Of a stretch of DNA of 64,000 nucleotides, positions 1-13,301 are shown piece by piece. The stretch's first letter is position 1; every line of letters starts with the position of its first letter. The position numbers and the translations under genes were made by a program. The stretch lies in NCBI RefSeq assembly GCF_009914755.1, contig NC_060944.1; one strand, given 5' to 3'. Source of the stretch: the human T2T-CHM13v2.0 reference genome, Homo sapiens. The notes under the pieces are model-generated. The model worked only from the letters and a program-made list of their open reading frames with translations, searched no databases and was not told the DNA's origin.

Positions 1-186
1 TGACAGAGAGAAAAGTTTGAAAATGCACCTTCCATCCAAGTGGGCACCCGGCCTCGACCTCCTGAAATCATACACCGAGTGGCGAAGCCTAGCAAGGCCC
101 ATCTGTCCAGATTCCTCTCGGCCTCTCTAAGCAGGCGCTTCTCACTTTCGTGGAAGGGGCAGGGCCCTCCCCGGCACAGGGGCTCT

Positions 187-1908
187 GACAGACTGACAGA
201 GAAAGAGACAGACATAGAAAGACAGAGATGGACAGAGAGAAACAAACAGAGAGAGAGAGAGAGAGACAGAGACAGAGAGAGAAACAGGGAGGGAGAGAGA
301 GAGAGACAGACAGACAGACACACAGAGACAAACAGAGAAACAGAGAGAAACAGAAAGAGAGAGAGACGGAGAGAGAGAGAGAAAGGGAGGGAGAGAGAGA
401 GACAGACAGACAGGCAGAGAAAGAGAGTAAGACAGAAGATAGACACAGTGAGAGAAACAGGCAGAGAAAGAGAGAGACAGAGACAGAGAGAAAGAAAGAG
501 ACAGAGAAAGACAGAGATGGACAGAGAGAAACAGAAAGAGAGAAAGAGAGAGAAACAGACAGACAGGGAGGGATAGAGACAGAGAGAGAGACAGACAGAC
601 AGACAGAGAGACAGAGACAGACAAAGAGAAACAAAGAGAGAGATGGAGAGAGTGAGAGATAGAGAGAGAGAGAGAAACAGAAAGAGAGGGGGAGAGAGAC
701 AGACAGGCAGAGAAGGAGAGTAAGACAGAAGACAGCCACAGTGAGAGAAACAGGCAGAGGGAGAGAGAGACAGAGACAGAGAGAAAGAAAAAGACAGACA
801 GAGAAAGACAGACAGAGACGGACAGAGAGAAAAAGCAAAAGAAGAGACAGAGAGAGAGTGAGAGCGAGAGAGACAGAGGGAGAGAATCAGACAGGGAGAG
901 AGAGAGAGACAGGCAGAGAAAGAGAGTAAGACAGAAGATAGACACAGAGAGAGAGAGAGAGAGAGAAAGATAGAGACAGTCCTGGCGCGGTGGCTCACTC
1001 CTGTCATCCCAGCACTTTGGGAGGCCGAGGCGGGCGGATCACGAGGTCAGGAGATCGAGACCATCCTGGCTAACATGGTGAAATCCCGTCTCTACTAAAA
1101 ATACAAAAAATTAGCCTGACTTGGTGGTGGGCGCCTATAGTCCCAGCTACTCAGGAGGCTAAGGCAGGAGAATGGCGTGAACCTGGGAGGTGGAGCTTTC
1201 AGTGAGCCAAGATGGCGCCACTGCACACCAGCCTGGGCGACACAGTGAGACTACATCTGGAAAAAAAAAAAAAAAGAAAGAGAGAGACAGACAGACAGAG
1301 GAAGAGACAGACAGAGACAGACAGAGAGAAACAAACACAGAGAGAGAGAGAGAGAGAGAGAGAAACAGAAAGGCAGGGAAGGAGAGAGAGAGACAGGCAG
1401 AGGAAGAGAATAAGGCAGAAGACAGACACAGTGAGAGAGACAGGCAGAGAGAGACAGACAGAGACAGAGAGAAAGAGAGACAGACAGAGATGGAGAGAGA
1501 GACAGAGAGAAACAGACAGAAAGAGAGAGAGACAGAGAGAGAGTGAGAGTGAGAGAGAGAGGGACAGAAAGGGAGGGAGAGGGACAGACAGAGAGAGAGA
1601 CAGATGGGTAGAGAAAGAGAGTAAGACAGAAGATAGACATAGAGAGAGAGACAGAGAGAGAGAGTGAGAGAGAGAGAGAGAGACTCAGAAAAAGAAATAG
1701 AGAGACAGAGAGAGAGAAACAGAGAGGGAGGGAGAGATAGAGAGACAGACAGGCAGAGAAAGAGAGTTAGAAGACAGACACCATGAGACAGGCAGAGAGA
1801 GAGAGACAGAGACAGAGATAAAGAAAGAGACAGACAGACAGAGAAAGAGACAGATAGAGAAAGACAGAGACGGACAGAGAGAGACAGAGATAAACAGACA
1901 GAGAGAAG
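187..1908. repeat. (GA)n/(GACA)n low-complexity tract, interrupted by an Alu
   Basis: Direct inspection; it generates the spurious ER-rich and LS-rich ORFs. Confidence 0.97.
979..1275 (+). mobile_element. AluY-like SINE
   Basis: Full dimer with gaatggcgtgaacc and an A-tail; flanking AGAAAGA(T/G)AGAGACA at 964-978 and 1275-1289. Confidence 0.92.
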
Positions 1909-1934
1909 ATCCTAGCCCAGTAGCAATACAGTGC

Positions 1935-2325
1935 TTTTTCTTTCATTTTCTCTTTCTTTTCTTTTCTTTTCTTTTCTTTTCTTTTCTTTTCTTTTCTTTT
2001 CTTTTCTTTTCTTTTCTTTCTTTCATTTATTTATTTATTTATTTGGAGACGAAGTCTCACTCTGTCGCCCAGGCTGTAATGCAGTGGTGCCATCCCGGGT
2101 CACTGAAATCTCCGCCTGCGAGGTTCAAGCGATTCTCCCGCCTCAACCTCCCGAGTAGCTGGGATTACAGGTGCCTGCCCCACTGCGCCCGACTCAGTTT
2201 CGTATTTTCAGTAGAGACGGGGTTTCACCATGTTGGCTAGGCTGGTCTCGAACTCCTGACCTCGTGAACCACCCACCTCGGCCTCCCAAAGTGCTGGGAT
2301 GACAGACGTGGGCCACTGCGTTCAG
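1935..2325 (-). mobile_element. AluS-like SINE with (TTTTC)n/(TTTA)n tail
   Basis: Antisense Alu body at 2045-2325. Confidence 0.9.
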
Positions 2326-2594
2326 TGTACGGTGCCATTTCTTAGAAATCACTCATGGGAATACACACTTACAGGTCATGTGTAGAGATTTTATTTATTT
2401 ATTTATTTATTTTTATTTTTATTTTTTTTTTGCACGGGAAGGTGGGGGGACAGAGTTTCGCTCTTCCTGCCCAGGCTAGAGTGCAATGGCATAGGGGATT
2501 CAAGGAGTTAACATATGGCAGAGAAGACACGTCATTCTGAGTGTAAGGGCCACAGCGAAAAGTGTCTGGGCCTGTGCTTTTAAAGGCTGAAATC

Positions 2595-2887
2595 CCGGCG
2601 GCTCAGGCCTGTCGTCCCAGCACTTTGGGAGGCCCAGAAAGGTGGATCACTTGAGGTCAGGAGTTCAATACCAACGTGGCCAACATAGAACAACCCCTTC
2701 TCTACTAAAAATAGAAAAAATAGCCTGCTGTCGTGGTGCGCGCCTGTAATCCCAGCTACCGAAGAAGAATCACTGGAACCCGGGAAGCAGAGGTTTCAGT
2801 GAGCCGAGAGAGCACCACTGCACCGCAGCCTGGGTGACAGAGCGAGAGAGACTCAGTCCAAAAAAAAGAAAAGAAGAAAAAAAAAGA
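2595..2887 (+). mobile_element. Alu SINE (diverged)
   Basis: cccagcactttgggagg...agcgagagagactcagtcc followed by an A-tail. Confidence 0.88.
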
Positions 2888-3826
2888 ACAGGCCCAAATA
2901 CTGCATTGTCGCTGAATGTTCCCCCAAAAGGCCGGAAACCCCCTGACTCAGGTCCAGGAGGTGCTGTTTCGTTTCACTTCTTTCTCTCTCTCTCTCTTTC
3001 CTTCTCTCCCTCTCTCTCTCCCTCTCTCTCTCTTTCTCCCCTAACTTTCATTTCTTGTTCAAACATACATGTGCAAGATTGTTACATAGGTAAACTTATG
3101 ACGGGGGGGTTCAGTGTGCAGATGATTTTATCAGCCGGATACTCAGCGCAGTACTCGACAGTTTTCATGTTTTGTTTTGTTTTGTTTTTTCCTGAAGCTG
3201 TCTCTCCTTCCACCCCTCCTCCCTCAAGTAGGCTCCCGCGTCTCTGGTCCCCCTCGTTCTGCCCACACAGAACTCTCATCTATAAGTTCCCACTTATGGA
3301 TGAGAACACGCGGTATTTAGCTGATTGTTGCTTTCATCTTCGGTGGTGACGGTGAAAGAGGCATGACACTAAATCGAACCTTAGGACGCTCCCCTCCGTC
3401 CCCACCCCACACCCCCTCCCCACACACACCCTCATTCCTGCACCCTCTCCTCAAACGCAGGAAAGGAAGAAAGACAAATTAAAGTAAGAGGTCAGCCTCC
3501 AAGGCGGTGGAGTCAGGGGATCTCAAAGGGTGAGCAAGCGATGGGGGTCGGGGGATGTCTTGGCTGAGCTTGCAACAATAGGCGACCGAGTTTCCAGCCC
3601 CACCACTCCCCCTAATCCTCAGCCGCAGCCAGCCTCTGGGTGGGGTTGCGCCTGTAAAAGCTTCTGAATGGAGAGAAGCCCAAGACGATGGAAGGCATCA
3701 GCTCCAACTCCAGGAAGGGAATAGGGCTTTGTGCATTTGAATGGGGCTTTAGAAGGCGGTGCTGCGGCTTCCAAAGTGATGCGCCTCGCCCCGCCTCGCC
3801 TCGACCAGAGCGAGACTCCGTCTCAA

Positions 3827-3827
<1 letters not shown>

Positions 3828-3857
<30 letters not shown>

Positions 3858-3872
3858 TCATAAAAAAAATAA

Positions 3873-3928
<56 letters not shown>
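3828..3928. repeat. (TCAA)n then (GAAA)n microsatellites
   Basis: Direct inspection. Confidence 0.95.
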
Positions 3929-3969
3929 ATGAATTAGTACAGTGGTCGTGGTCGTGAATCATTCCCCGG

Positions 3970-4680
<711 letters not shown>

Positions 4681-4893
4681 AGGGAGGAAAGAAGGAAGGG
4701 AGGAATGGAGGAAAGAAGAAAGGCAGGAAGGCAGTCAGGCAGGAAAGGAAGAAAGAAAGAAAGAAAGAAAGAGAGAAAGAAAGAAAGAAAAAAGAAAGAA
4801 AGAAAGAAAGCAAGAAAGAGAAAGAAAGAGAGAAAGAGAGAAAGAAGAAAGAAAGAAAGAAAGAAAGAAGGAAAAAAGAAAGGAAAGAAGAAA

Positions 4894-4927
<34 letters not shown>

Positions 4928-5072
4928 AGAAAGAAAGGAAGGAAGGGAGGGAGGGAGAAGAAGAGAGAAGAAAAAAGAAGAAAAGAAAAGAAAAGGAAAA
5001 GAAAAGAAAAGGAAAAGAAAAGAAAAGAAAAGAAAAGAAAAGAAAAGAAAAGAAAAGAAAAGAAAAGAAAAC
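4681..5072. repeat. Polypurine (GAAA)n/(GAAAA)n tract
   Basis: Direct inspection. Confidence 0.97.
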
Positions 5073-5224
5073 GGGGAGGGGCATATCTCCTTGACTGGTG
5101 ACTGCCCAGGATACAGCTGACTGAAGCCTCGACCTGTGGGGCCTCAAGTGATCTTCTCCTTATCTCAGCCTCCCGAGTAGCTGCGACTACAGGCGGGGAT
5201 CAGCATTCAAAAATAATCTTACAA

Positions 5225-5522
5225 TAATATTATAATTATTATTGAGACAGAGTCTCGCTCTGTCTCAATAATTGCCATGGCATGATCTCAGCTCACTGCA
5301 ACCTCGGCCTCCCTGGTTCAAGCAACTTGCCCGCCTCAGTCTCCTGAGTAGTTGTGATTACAAGCTTATGTCACCAGGCCTGGCTAATTGTTCTATTTTT
5401 CATAGAGATGGGGTTTCACCATGTTGGCCAGCCTGGTCTTGAATTCCTGGCCTCAAGTGATCCACCTGCCTCGGCCTCCCAAAGTGCTGGAATGACAGGT
5501 GTGAGCCACTGTGCCCAGCGCA
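5225..5522 (-). mobile_element. Alu SINE
   Basis: Antisense Alu (gagacagagtctcgctctgtc...gtgagccactgtgcccagc). Confidence 0.9.
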
Positions 5523-5651
5523 GATAATCTTTTTTATAAATTGTAGAGATGGAGTTTCGTCAGCTGCCGGGTGGAGGGTGGAGTGGGTTTTACTCAGACT
5601 GCGTACTGTGAAAGGGTAAATTAGTGTGGTTTGTGAACTAGATGTGGAAAT

Positions 5652-5702
<51 letters not shown>

Positions 5703-7044
5703 CCAACCCCACAGTGAGGACCGAGAAATGGTGTTTGATTTGGGTCCCTGTCTAGTCACCTCTCTGTCTGTAGATGACTGAGGATTCCACAAATGAAGGT
5801 CAGCAGTATCTATTGAGCTGTTTCTCCCTCTCATGCATCTCATCTGTGTGGTGGAGAAAGGGAAGAAAAGAGCTTCTGATGGGAAGTTGTCTTCATGCCT
5901 GAGGAAGCTGAAGGTAGGCTGACGGGAAGGAGGGCATCCTATGTGACATTTCCATACCTGGGTACCCTTTACAATGCTGTGGCTGCCAGTCCACCCTGTA
6001 CGTCAACCCACCCCCAAGAACAGCACGGTCCGGGTGGTCCAGTCTCATCCCATCCGGCCCACCCGAGGCATCTGGTGGAAGTCTTCGCTGGAGGATTTGA
6101 AAGCAGCGTCAACGCAGTTCCCTTGGGGTCGCCGGGCAAAGGCCAGCCAGGGGAGGGTGGCGGGATGTGAAGGGGGGCGGGGCATCGGCCTCAGAACTCC
6201 CTGGAAGGTGGCAGGCAGCCGGTGGCGGACGCTGAGCCAGAGACGTCTGGCAGTGTATAGATCTGGAAGCCGCGTCAGTCCTCTCCCATACCTCTCCCAT
6301 GGAAAATCCCACAGAGGCGGTGGGAGACTTGGCTGGGGGAGAAGCGGAGACAAGGGGGAGAGGGAAGGAGGCCCTCGGGAGGATTTAGCACCGAAAACCC
6401 ACTCAGCCAAGCTCCCTCCCTCCTATCGGGTCCAAGGTACACCCTGGGTGGTGGCAAGAGAAACGTTCACCCCGTGCTTTTTGTCTTTCTCTTTATTTTT
6501 TTCATCTTTTCAATTTTACAAGAGATGCTCATTTCAACAACCAGACGGTGGATGTGTTGGGAGAAGTGTCAAGGCCAGGAGTTTGAGACCAGCCCGAGCA
6601 ACTGAGCAACACAAGTAGGAGAACCCAGCTGAAAAAAATGAAAAAAAGAAGGAGGAGGAGGAGGAGGAAAGAAAAGAAAAGAAAAGAAAAACAAGCACCA
6701 AGAAAGTTAAAATTCTCCAAAGGTGCAGGCACAAAAAAGAGTGATTTCACGTCTTTTCCCACAACATGGATAGAGCTGGAAGCAAGTATGTACCCAGTGA
6801 ACTGCCTTCTACTAACAAGTGGGAGATAAACAGTGGGTACTCACACGGTCATCATGATGGAAATAACAGACACTCCAAAGGGGAGGAGGAGGGTAAGAGG
6901 GGGACAAGGGATGAATAAATCACCCGTCGGAGACAACATTCACCACATAGGTATCGGATACACAGGAGGTCCACTTCTACATCCGAAGGCAGTAGTATGC
7001 CGATCTAACAAACAAGCACATACACCCCCTGAGTCTGTAAAATA

Positions 7045-7067
7045 CCAAAACAACAACAACAGCACCA

Positions 7068-7098
<31 letters not shown>

Positions 7099-7160
7099 AA
7101 CAGAAGCTGGAACACAAAACCACCACCACCACCACCACCACCACAACCACCACAATCACC
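7045..7160. repeat. Compound (CAA)/(CAG)/(CAC)n trinucleotide repeat
   Basis: Direct inspection; it follows an old L1 3'-end-like segment at about 6730-7045. Confidence 0.9.
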
Positions 7161-7461
7161 AGTTGGGGGTTGGGGGAGGGTGGCCGCGCTGGAGGCCCTC
7201 AGGCTCAGTCCCTCGGGTTTAAAAAAGAAAACAGCAGACTCATTCCTGTCTGTAGGCAGGAAAAATCCAATCAAAGTTCTCCGTTGCTAGAAAGGGAAGT
7301 AGAATAAGGAGAGGGGCTTATTGATCTTCTTGTGATCGATCGAAACCATACATGTAGGAAAAAATTAAATACAGACAGCAACACTTTCTACACTGTACAA
7401 AAGCTTCGGAGATCAGGCGCACCACACTCCATGGGGCTTGTGCCATTAGAAAGAAAAGGCA

Positions 7462-7639
7462 GGCCGGGCCCAGTGGCTCACGCCTGTTATCCCAACACTT
7501 TGGGAGGCCGAGGCGGGCGGATCACGAAGTCAGGGTTCACCATCTTGGCCAGGCTGCTCTCGAACTCCTGACCTCGTGATCCACCTGCCTCAGCCTCCCA
7601 AAGTGCTGGGAGTACAGGCGTGAGCCACCACGCCCGGCC
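7462..7639. mobile_element. Two fused Alu 5' fragments in inverted orientation
   Basis: Plus-strand Alu start (7462-7534) joined directly to a minus-strand Alu start (7535-7639). Confidence 0.9.
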
Positions 7640-7663
7640 GTTTTTGTTTTAAAAACTACAGAC

Positions 7664-8262
7664 AAGCTGGGTGCAGTGGCTCAAGCCTGTAATGGCTTCA
7701 CGTTGGGAGGCTGAAGTGGTTGGATTGCTTGAGCCCCGGAGTTCAAGACCAGCTTGGCAACATAGTGAGACACCGTCTCTGCAAAAAAAAGCATTAAAGA
7801 AAAGGCGGCTGGGCGCGGTGGCTAACACCTGTAATCCCAGCACTTTGGGAGGCCGAGGCAGGCAGATCACGAGGTCAGGAGATTGAGACCATCCTGGCTA
7901 ACACGGTGAAACCCCGTCTCTACTAAAAATACAAATATTAGCTTGGCCTGGTGTGGGCGCCTGTAGTCCCAGCTACTCAGGAGGCTGAGGCAGGAGGATG
8001 GCGTGAACCTGGGAGGCAGAGCTTGCAGTGAGCCTAGATAGCGCCACTGCACTCTGGCCTGGGCGAAAGAGCGAGACTCCGTCTCAAAAAAAAAAAAAAA
8101 AAAAAAAAAAGGCAAGCATAGTGCTGCATGCCTGTAGTCCCAGCTACTCAGGAGGCTGTTGTAGAACAATCACTTGACCCAGCAGTTTGAGGCTGCAGTG
8201 AGCTATGATCATGCCACTGCACTCTGGCCTGGGTGACAGAGCAAAACCCCATCTCAAAACAA
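7664..8262 (+). mobile_element. AluJ-like element split by an AluY (about 7808-8110)
   Basis: Left monomer 7664-7800, AluY with a long A-tail, right monomer 8111-8262. Confidence 0.85.
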
Positions 8263-8565
8263 AGAACAACCAATAACCTACAAGCATACTCAGAGATAGT
8301 GTGGGTTTGGTTCCAGACAACCACAATAAGGCAAATGTTACAATCAAGCTAGTCACATAAACATTTTGTTTCCCAGTGCTTACAAAAGTTATGCTTAAAC
8401 TATGTGCAGTCTAATGAGTATTTAATAATTAATTATTAATTAATTAATTAGTAATCGCATTATGTCTACAAAACTGTGTACATATCTTATCTTAAAATAT
8501 CTCATTGCTGAAAAATACTAATGAATATCTGAGCCTTACCAAGTCATAATCTTTTTGCTGGTGAG

Positions 8566-9466
8566 TGAAGGGGTGGCCTGCCCCTCCACACTTGTGGGTA
8601 TTTCTAGTCAGGTGGGATGAGAGACTGAGAAAAGAAGTAAGACACAGAGACAAAGTATAGAGAAACAACAGTAGGCCCAGGGGACCGGCGCTCAGCATAC
8701 CAAGGACATGCACCGGCACCAGCCTCTGAGATATCTCAGTTTTTATGGCTTATTATTTTCATTATTTCAGCAAAAAGGAATGTGGTAGGAGAGCAGGGTG
8801 ATAATAAGGAGATGGTCAGCAAAAAACATGTGAGCAACATGTCTCGCCTCCCCCCATAGGGCAGTTTTTCTCCTATCTCAGAATTGAACAAATGTACAAT
8901 CGGGTTTTATACTGAGACATTCAGTTCCCAGGGGCAGCCAGGAGACAGTGGCCTTCCTCTATCTCAACTTCAAGAGGCTTTCCTCTTTTACTAATCCACC
9001 TCAGCACAGACCCTTAACGGGTGTCGGGCTGGGGGACAGTCAGGTCTTTCTCATCTCATGAGGCCATATTTCAGACTATCACATGGGGAGAAACTTTGGA
9101 CAATACCCCGCTTTCAATGGCAGAGGTCCCTGCGGCTTTCTGCAGTGCATTGTGCCCCTCGTTTATTGAGACTAGAGAATGGCGATGACTTTTACCAAGT
9201 ATACTGCTTGTAAACATTTTGTTAACAAGGCACATCCTGCACAGCCCTAGATTCCTTAAACCTTAATTTCATACAACACATGTTTTTGTGAGCTCCAGGT
9301 TGAGTCAAAGTGGCTGGGGCAAAGTTGCTGGGGCAAAGCTACAAATTAATAACATCTCAGCAAAGCAATTGTTTAAAGTACAAGTCTTTTTCAAAATGGA
9401 GTCTCTTGTGTCTTTCCTTTCTATATAGACACAGTAACAGTCTGATCTCTCTTTCTTTTCTCTACA
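8566..9466 (-). mobile_element. HERV-K(HML-2) solo LTR, LTR5A/5B-like
   Basis: Minus strand begins TGTAGAGAAAAGAAAGAGAGATCAGACTGTTACTGTGTC and ends ..GGCCACCCCTTCA; TSD GTGAG at 8561-8565 and 9467-9471. Confidence 0.93.
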
Positions 9467-10332
9467 GTGAGGGTCTTGCCTCTATGTTGATGGCTGTTGA
9501 CTGATCAGTGTGGGGGCTGCTGAAGTTTGGGTGCCTGTGTCAATTTCTTAAAACAATGAAGTTTGTTCCTTTCACAAAAGATTTCCTTGTAGCATGTGAT
9601 GCTGTTTGATAGCATTTTATCCACAGTAGAACTTCCTTCAAAATTGGAGTAAACCCTCTCAAACCCTGCTGCTGCTTTATCAACTAGGTTTATGGAATAT
9701 TCTAAATTCTTTGTTGTTATTTCAACAATGTTCATAGCATCTCCACCTGGAGTAGATTCCATCTCAAGAAAATATTTTCTTTGCTTATCCATAAGAAGCA
9801 ACTCCCCACTTGCTCAAGTTTCATCATGAGTTTATGGCAATTTAACCTCATCTAAAGGCCCTAATTCTAATTCTGGTTGTCTTGCGATTTCTACCACATC
9901 TGCAGGGACTTCCTCCACTGACATCCTGAGCCCTCAAAGTCTTCCAAGAGGGCTGGAATCAACTTCTTCCAAACTCCTGTTAATGTTGATATTTCAATCT
10001 CCTCCCACAACCACAAATGTCCTTAATGGCATTTGCTATTAAGGACATTTGTGATTCATGGGAATAGGTTGGAATATCATGAAGGGATTAATGGTGAAAC
10101 CTTTCCAAAAGGTTTTCAATTCAGTTTATCCAGATTCATCAAAGAAATTACTATCTATGACAGCTATACCTTTACAAAATGCATTCATTATTTAATAAAA
10201 ACACTTGAAAGTCAAAACCACCCCTTGATCCACAGGCTGAAGGATAGATATTGTATTAGCAGCCATTAATTTCCAAGTACATCTCCATCTAAGCTTCTGG
10301 GTAGCTAGGTGAATTGTCAATAAGCAGCAATC

Positions 10333-10740
<408 letters not shown>

Positions 10741-11105
10741 TAGGTCTCAATAGTGGGATTAAAATATTCAGTAAACCATGCTCTTAACAGATGTGTTGTC
10801 ACTCATACTGTGATGTTCCATTTCTAGAGCTCAGCAAGAATAGATTTTGCATAATTCTTAAGGGCCCTGAGATTTTCAGAGTGGTCAATGAGCATTGGCT
10901 GTAACTTAAAGTCACCAACTGCAGTGGTCCTCAAAGAGAGTCAGCCCATCCTTTGAAGTTTTGAAGCCAAGTGTTGACGTCTCTCTAGCGATGAAAATTT
11001 TACATCTTCACTAGCTTAATCATTTCTAGCTCTGGACTTCAAGTGAGAGACATGCAATTCTTCCTTTCATTTGAGCTCTTTGAGGCCACTGTGCTTACTA
11101 ATTAA

Positions 11106-11865
11106 CACCCCCGGTGGGTGTCATCCTCCTCCCTCCTCAATCGAGTTCACCCACACCGGGGCGTGGGGAACGGGGCTTCCCACACCCCACATTCCCTGCA
11201 CGACTGGGGCTCTCCCACAGGGGGCTTTCGTGAGCGAGGGAGCAAAGGCCATTCCTCCGCTCCAGCCTAGCCAGGCTGCGCAGGCAGGAGGAATCTCTCA
11301 ACCTACCCCGGCACGCGGGGGATTTTGCGTTCGCTGCCCTCGCTCCTCTAGAAGTAGGACTGTTCCACCCTCAGACTCCTAGGTGGCCTCCACACCCCAA
11401 CAAATGCCAGGAGGACCAGAACCCGCAGCATGGTGGCCTGCTGGGCGCGTGCTCAGTGGGACAGCTTGGGTCCTCTGAAGCTGAGTCACAGGGGCAAGGT
11501 GTGTTTGCGCCACCCACGTCCCACCGGAGTCCGCGGTGGGGCTGGAGCCCCAGGTCGCCAGGGCTGCGTGGGAAACGGAAGACGGGGCACCTCCACTTCC
11601 GAAGCTCGAGACCCCGGAGGCCTCCGCGTCAAGCACATATGCAAGCCATCCGGGCGCCGCCCAACCGCTCCAGGAGCCGGGGCTCTCGTCTACATTCACC
11701 CCCAGCCAGTTAGATGAGCTCCTGTAAACCCCACAGTTTCAGCACAAGGCACAACCTTTCCTAGATCCGGCGCCACTGGGGTAGCTGAAGAACGTGGAAG
11801 AGCCCTCTCCGCTGGAACCACTCCTCAGCCAGGAAGAACACCGGGCTCTGCTGGAGGAGCTTTAG
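11106..11865 (+). pseudogene. DUX4-like pseudogene, copy 1 (3' half only, no homeoboxes)
   Basis: Translates to [34 protein letters not shown].. and ..LDELL*TPQFQHKAQPFL..SQEEHRALLEEL*, with frameshifts and internal stops (for example TAA 11725-11727). Confidence 0.93.
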
Positions 11866-13301
11866 GACCGGGGGTTGGGGCGGGGTAGGGGCAGGGCGGC
11901 GGCCTCTCTTTCGCGGTGAACCTCTGACTTGGTATAGAGAGGCCTGTCTTCCCTTTCAGCTGACCTGCCTAGGATCCCTGAGTTCCAGGTCCCGTGAGGG
12001 ATCCACTCAGAGGAGGGCTGTCATTCTTTTCTGAGCATCCCGGGGATCCCAGGGCCCGTCCAGGTACCGGGAGACGGACTGTCTACTGCTCATGCGCGGG
12101 TTAGCAGGCAGTAGCCTAGGTTTTCTATCCCTCTTGCCCCCCACCGCGTTCTTCAGTGGGGCAGGCGGAGACCTCCATCCCGGCAAACACTGGCCCGGGC
12201 AGGCGCCAGGCCTGCTCTTCTTTCCGCGTCTCGCCACCTCTGCCTCCCCGCCCCACCGTCACTCGCCTACCCTTGCCCCACCAGCTTCCTCGGCATCACC
12301 TGGAGTGCCTGACAGCTAAATGCAGACTCGAGACCCCGTGAAAACCAGGGTGCTGCCCTTTCTACGCAGGAGGGAACTCAGGCAGAGAGGAGGAGAGGAA
12401 CGGAGACAGAGAGGGAGGGAGCGATGGAGGGAGGAAAGAACGGATGGACCGAGGGACCTTGGAAAGGATGGAGGGATAGAAGGAAGGAGAGAGGGAAGGA
12501 AGGAGGGAGGGAGGAAGGGAGGAACTGAGGGAGGGACGCAGGGAAAAAGGGAAGGAGGGAGGGAGGGAAGAAGGGAGGAACTGAGAGAGGGACGGAGGGA
12601 AAAAGGGAGGGAGGGAGCAAGAAACAGAGAGAGGAAGGCAGAGAAAAAAGCAGTCTTCTGCCTCCAGGACCAGCAGGATCTCGCACTCCGGGAAAATGTT
12701 GGGTGCCCAGTGCAGGCTAAGTGCTCGGCCTACAGCCGCGTCGGCCTGCGGGGCTCTCACCGGCCCTCTGGATCGCCAGCCTGGGTTACTTCATCCCGGA
12801 GCGATTCAGACGAATTTCCTCTCTCAAGGAATGAGCGAATTGCCCAGAGAGCAATGAGCCGAGACTCGGGTGATTGTCCATTTTTCATCCACGTGGTTCA
12901 CAGATGAGATAGCCCCACGTTGAGCCTGCAACGGAGCGCGAGGTGGATAGTCCCGTACACACAGGAGTCACACTCAGGCCGACTGAAGCGTGGTTTCGGG
13001 TTCCACGTTCCTTTGTCTTCTGCAAGGGGGCCTGTTGTTCATGCGTCTCTGGCCCCCGAAAGGGTGACCATGTTGATTGTTTGTTTCCCGAGCTCTGTGG
13101 GGACACAGAAACCTCCAGAGAAGCATGGAAAAGCAGCATCGTGTCTTCGCTCTCCTTTCCAGTTTCCTGTTTGGAAACAGGTCCTAGTGGAGACTCCCTA
13201 TGTCGCAGGAAACAGGAATCCATCGTCAGGCCGTGATGCACCGGGTGTTTCTTTTCTCTGTAGTTTCGCTCTCGTTTTCTACATGAAAATGAACGAGATC
13301 C

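Noticed and set aside
40-2240. Long ER-rich and LS-rich ORFs of up to 267 aa
   Set aside because: They are translations of (GA)/(GACA) repeats that lack stop codons; the same applies to 4572-5147 and 45114-45598.
6833-7274. ORFs with poly-His, poly-Asn, poly-Cys and poly-Trp runs
   Set aside because: Trinucleotide microsatellites next to an old L1 end; no gene context.
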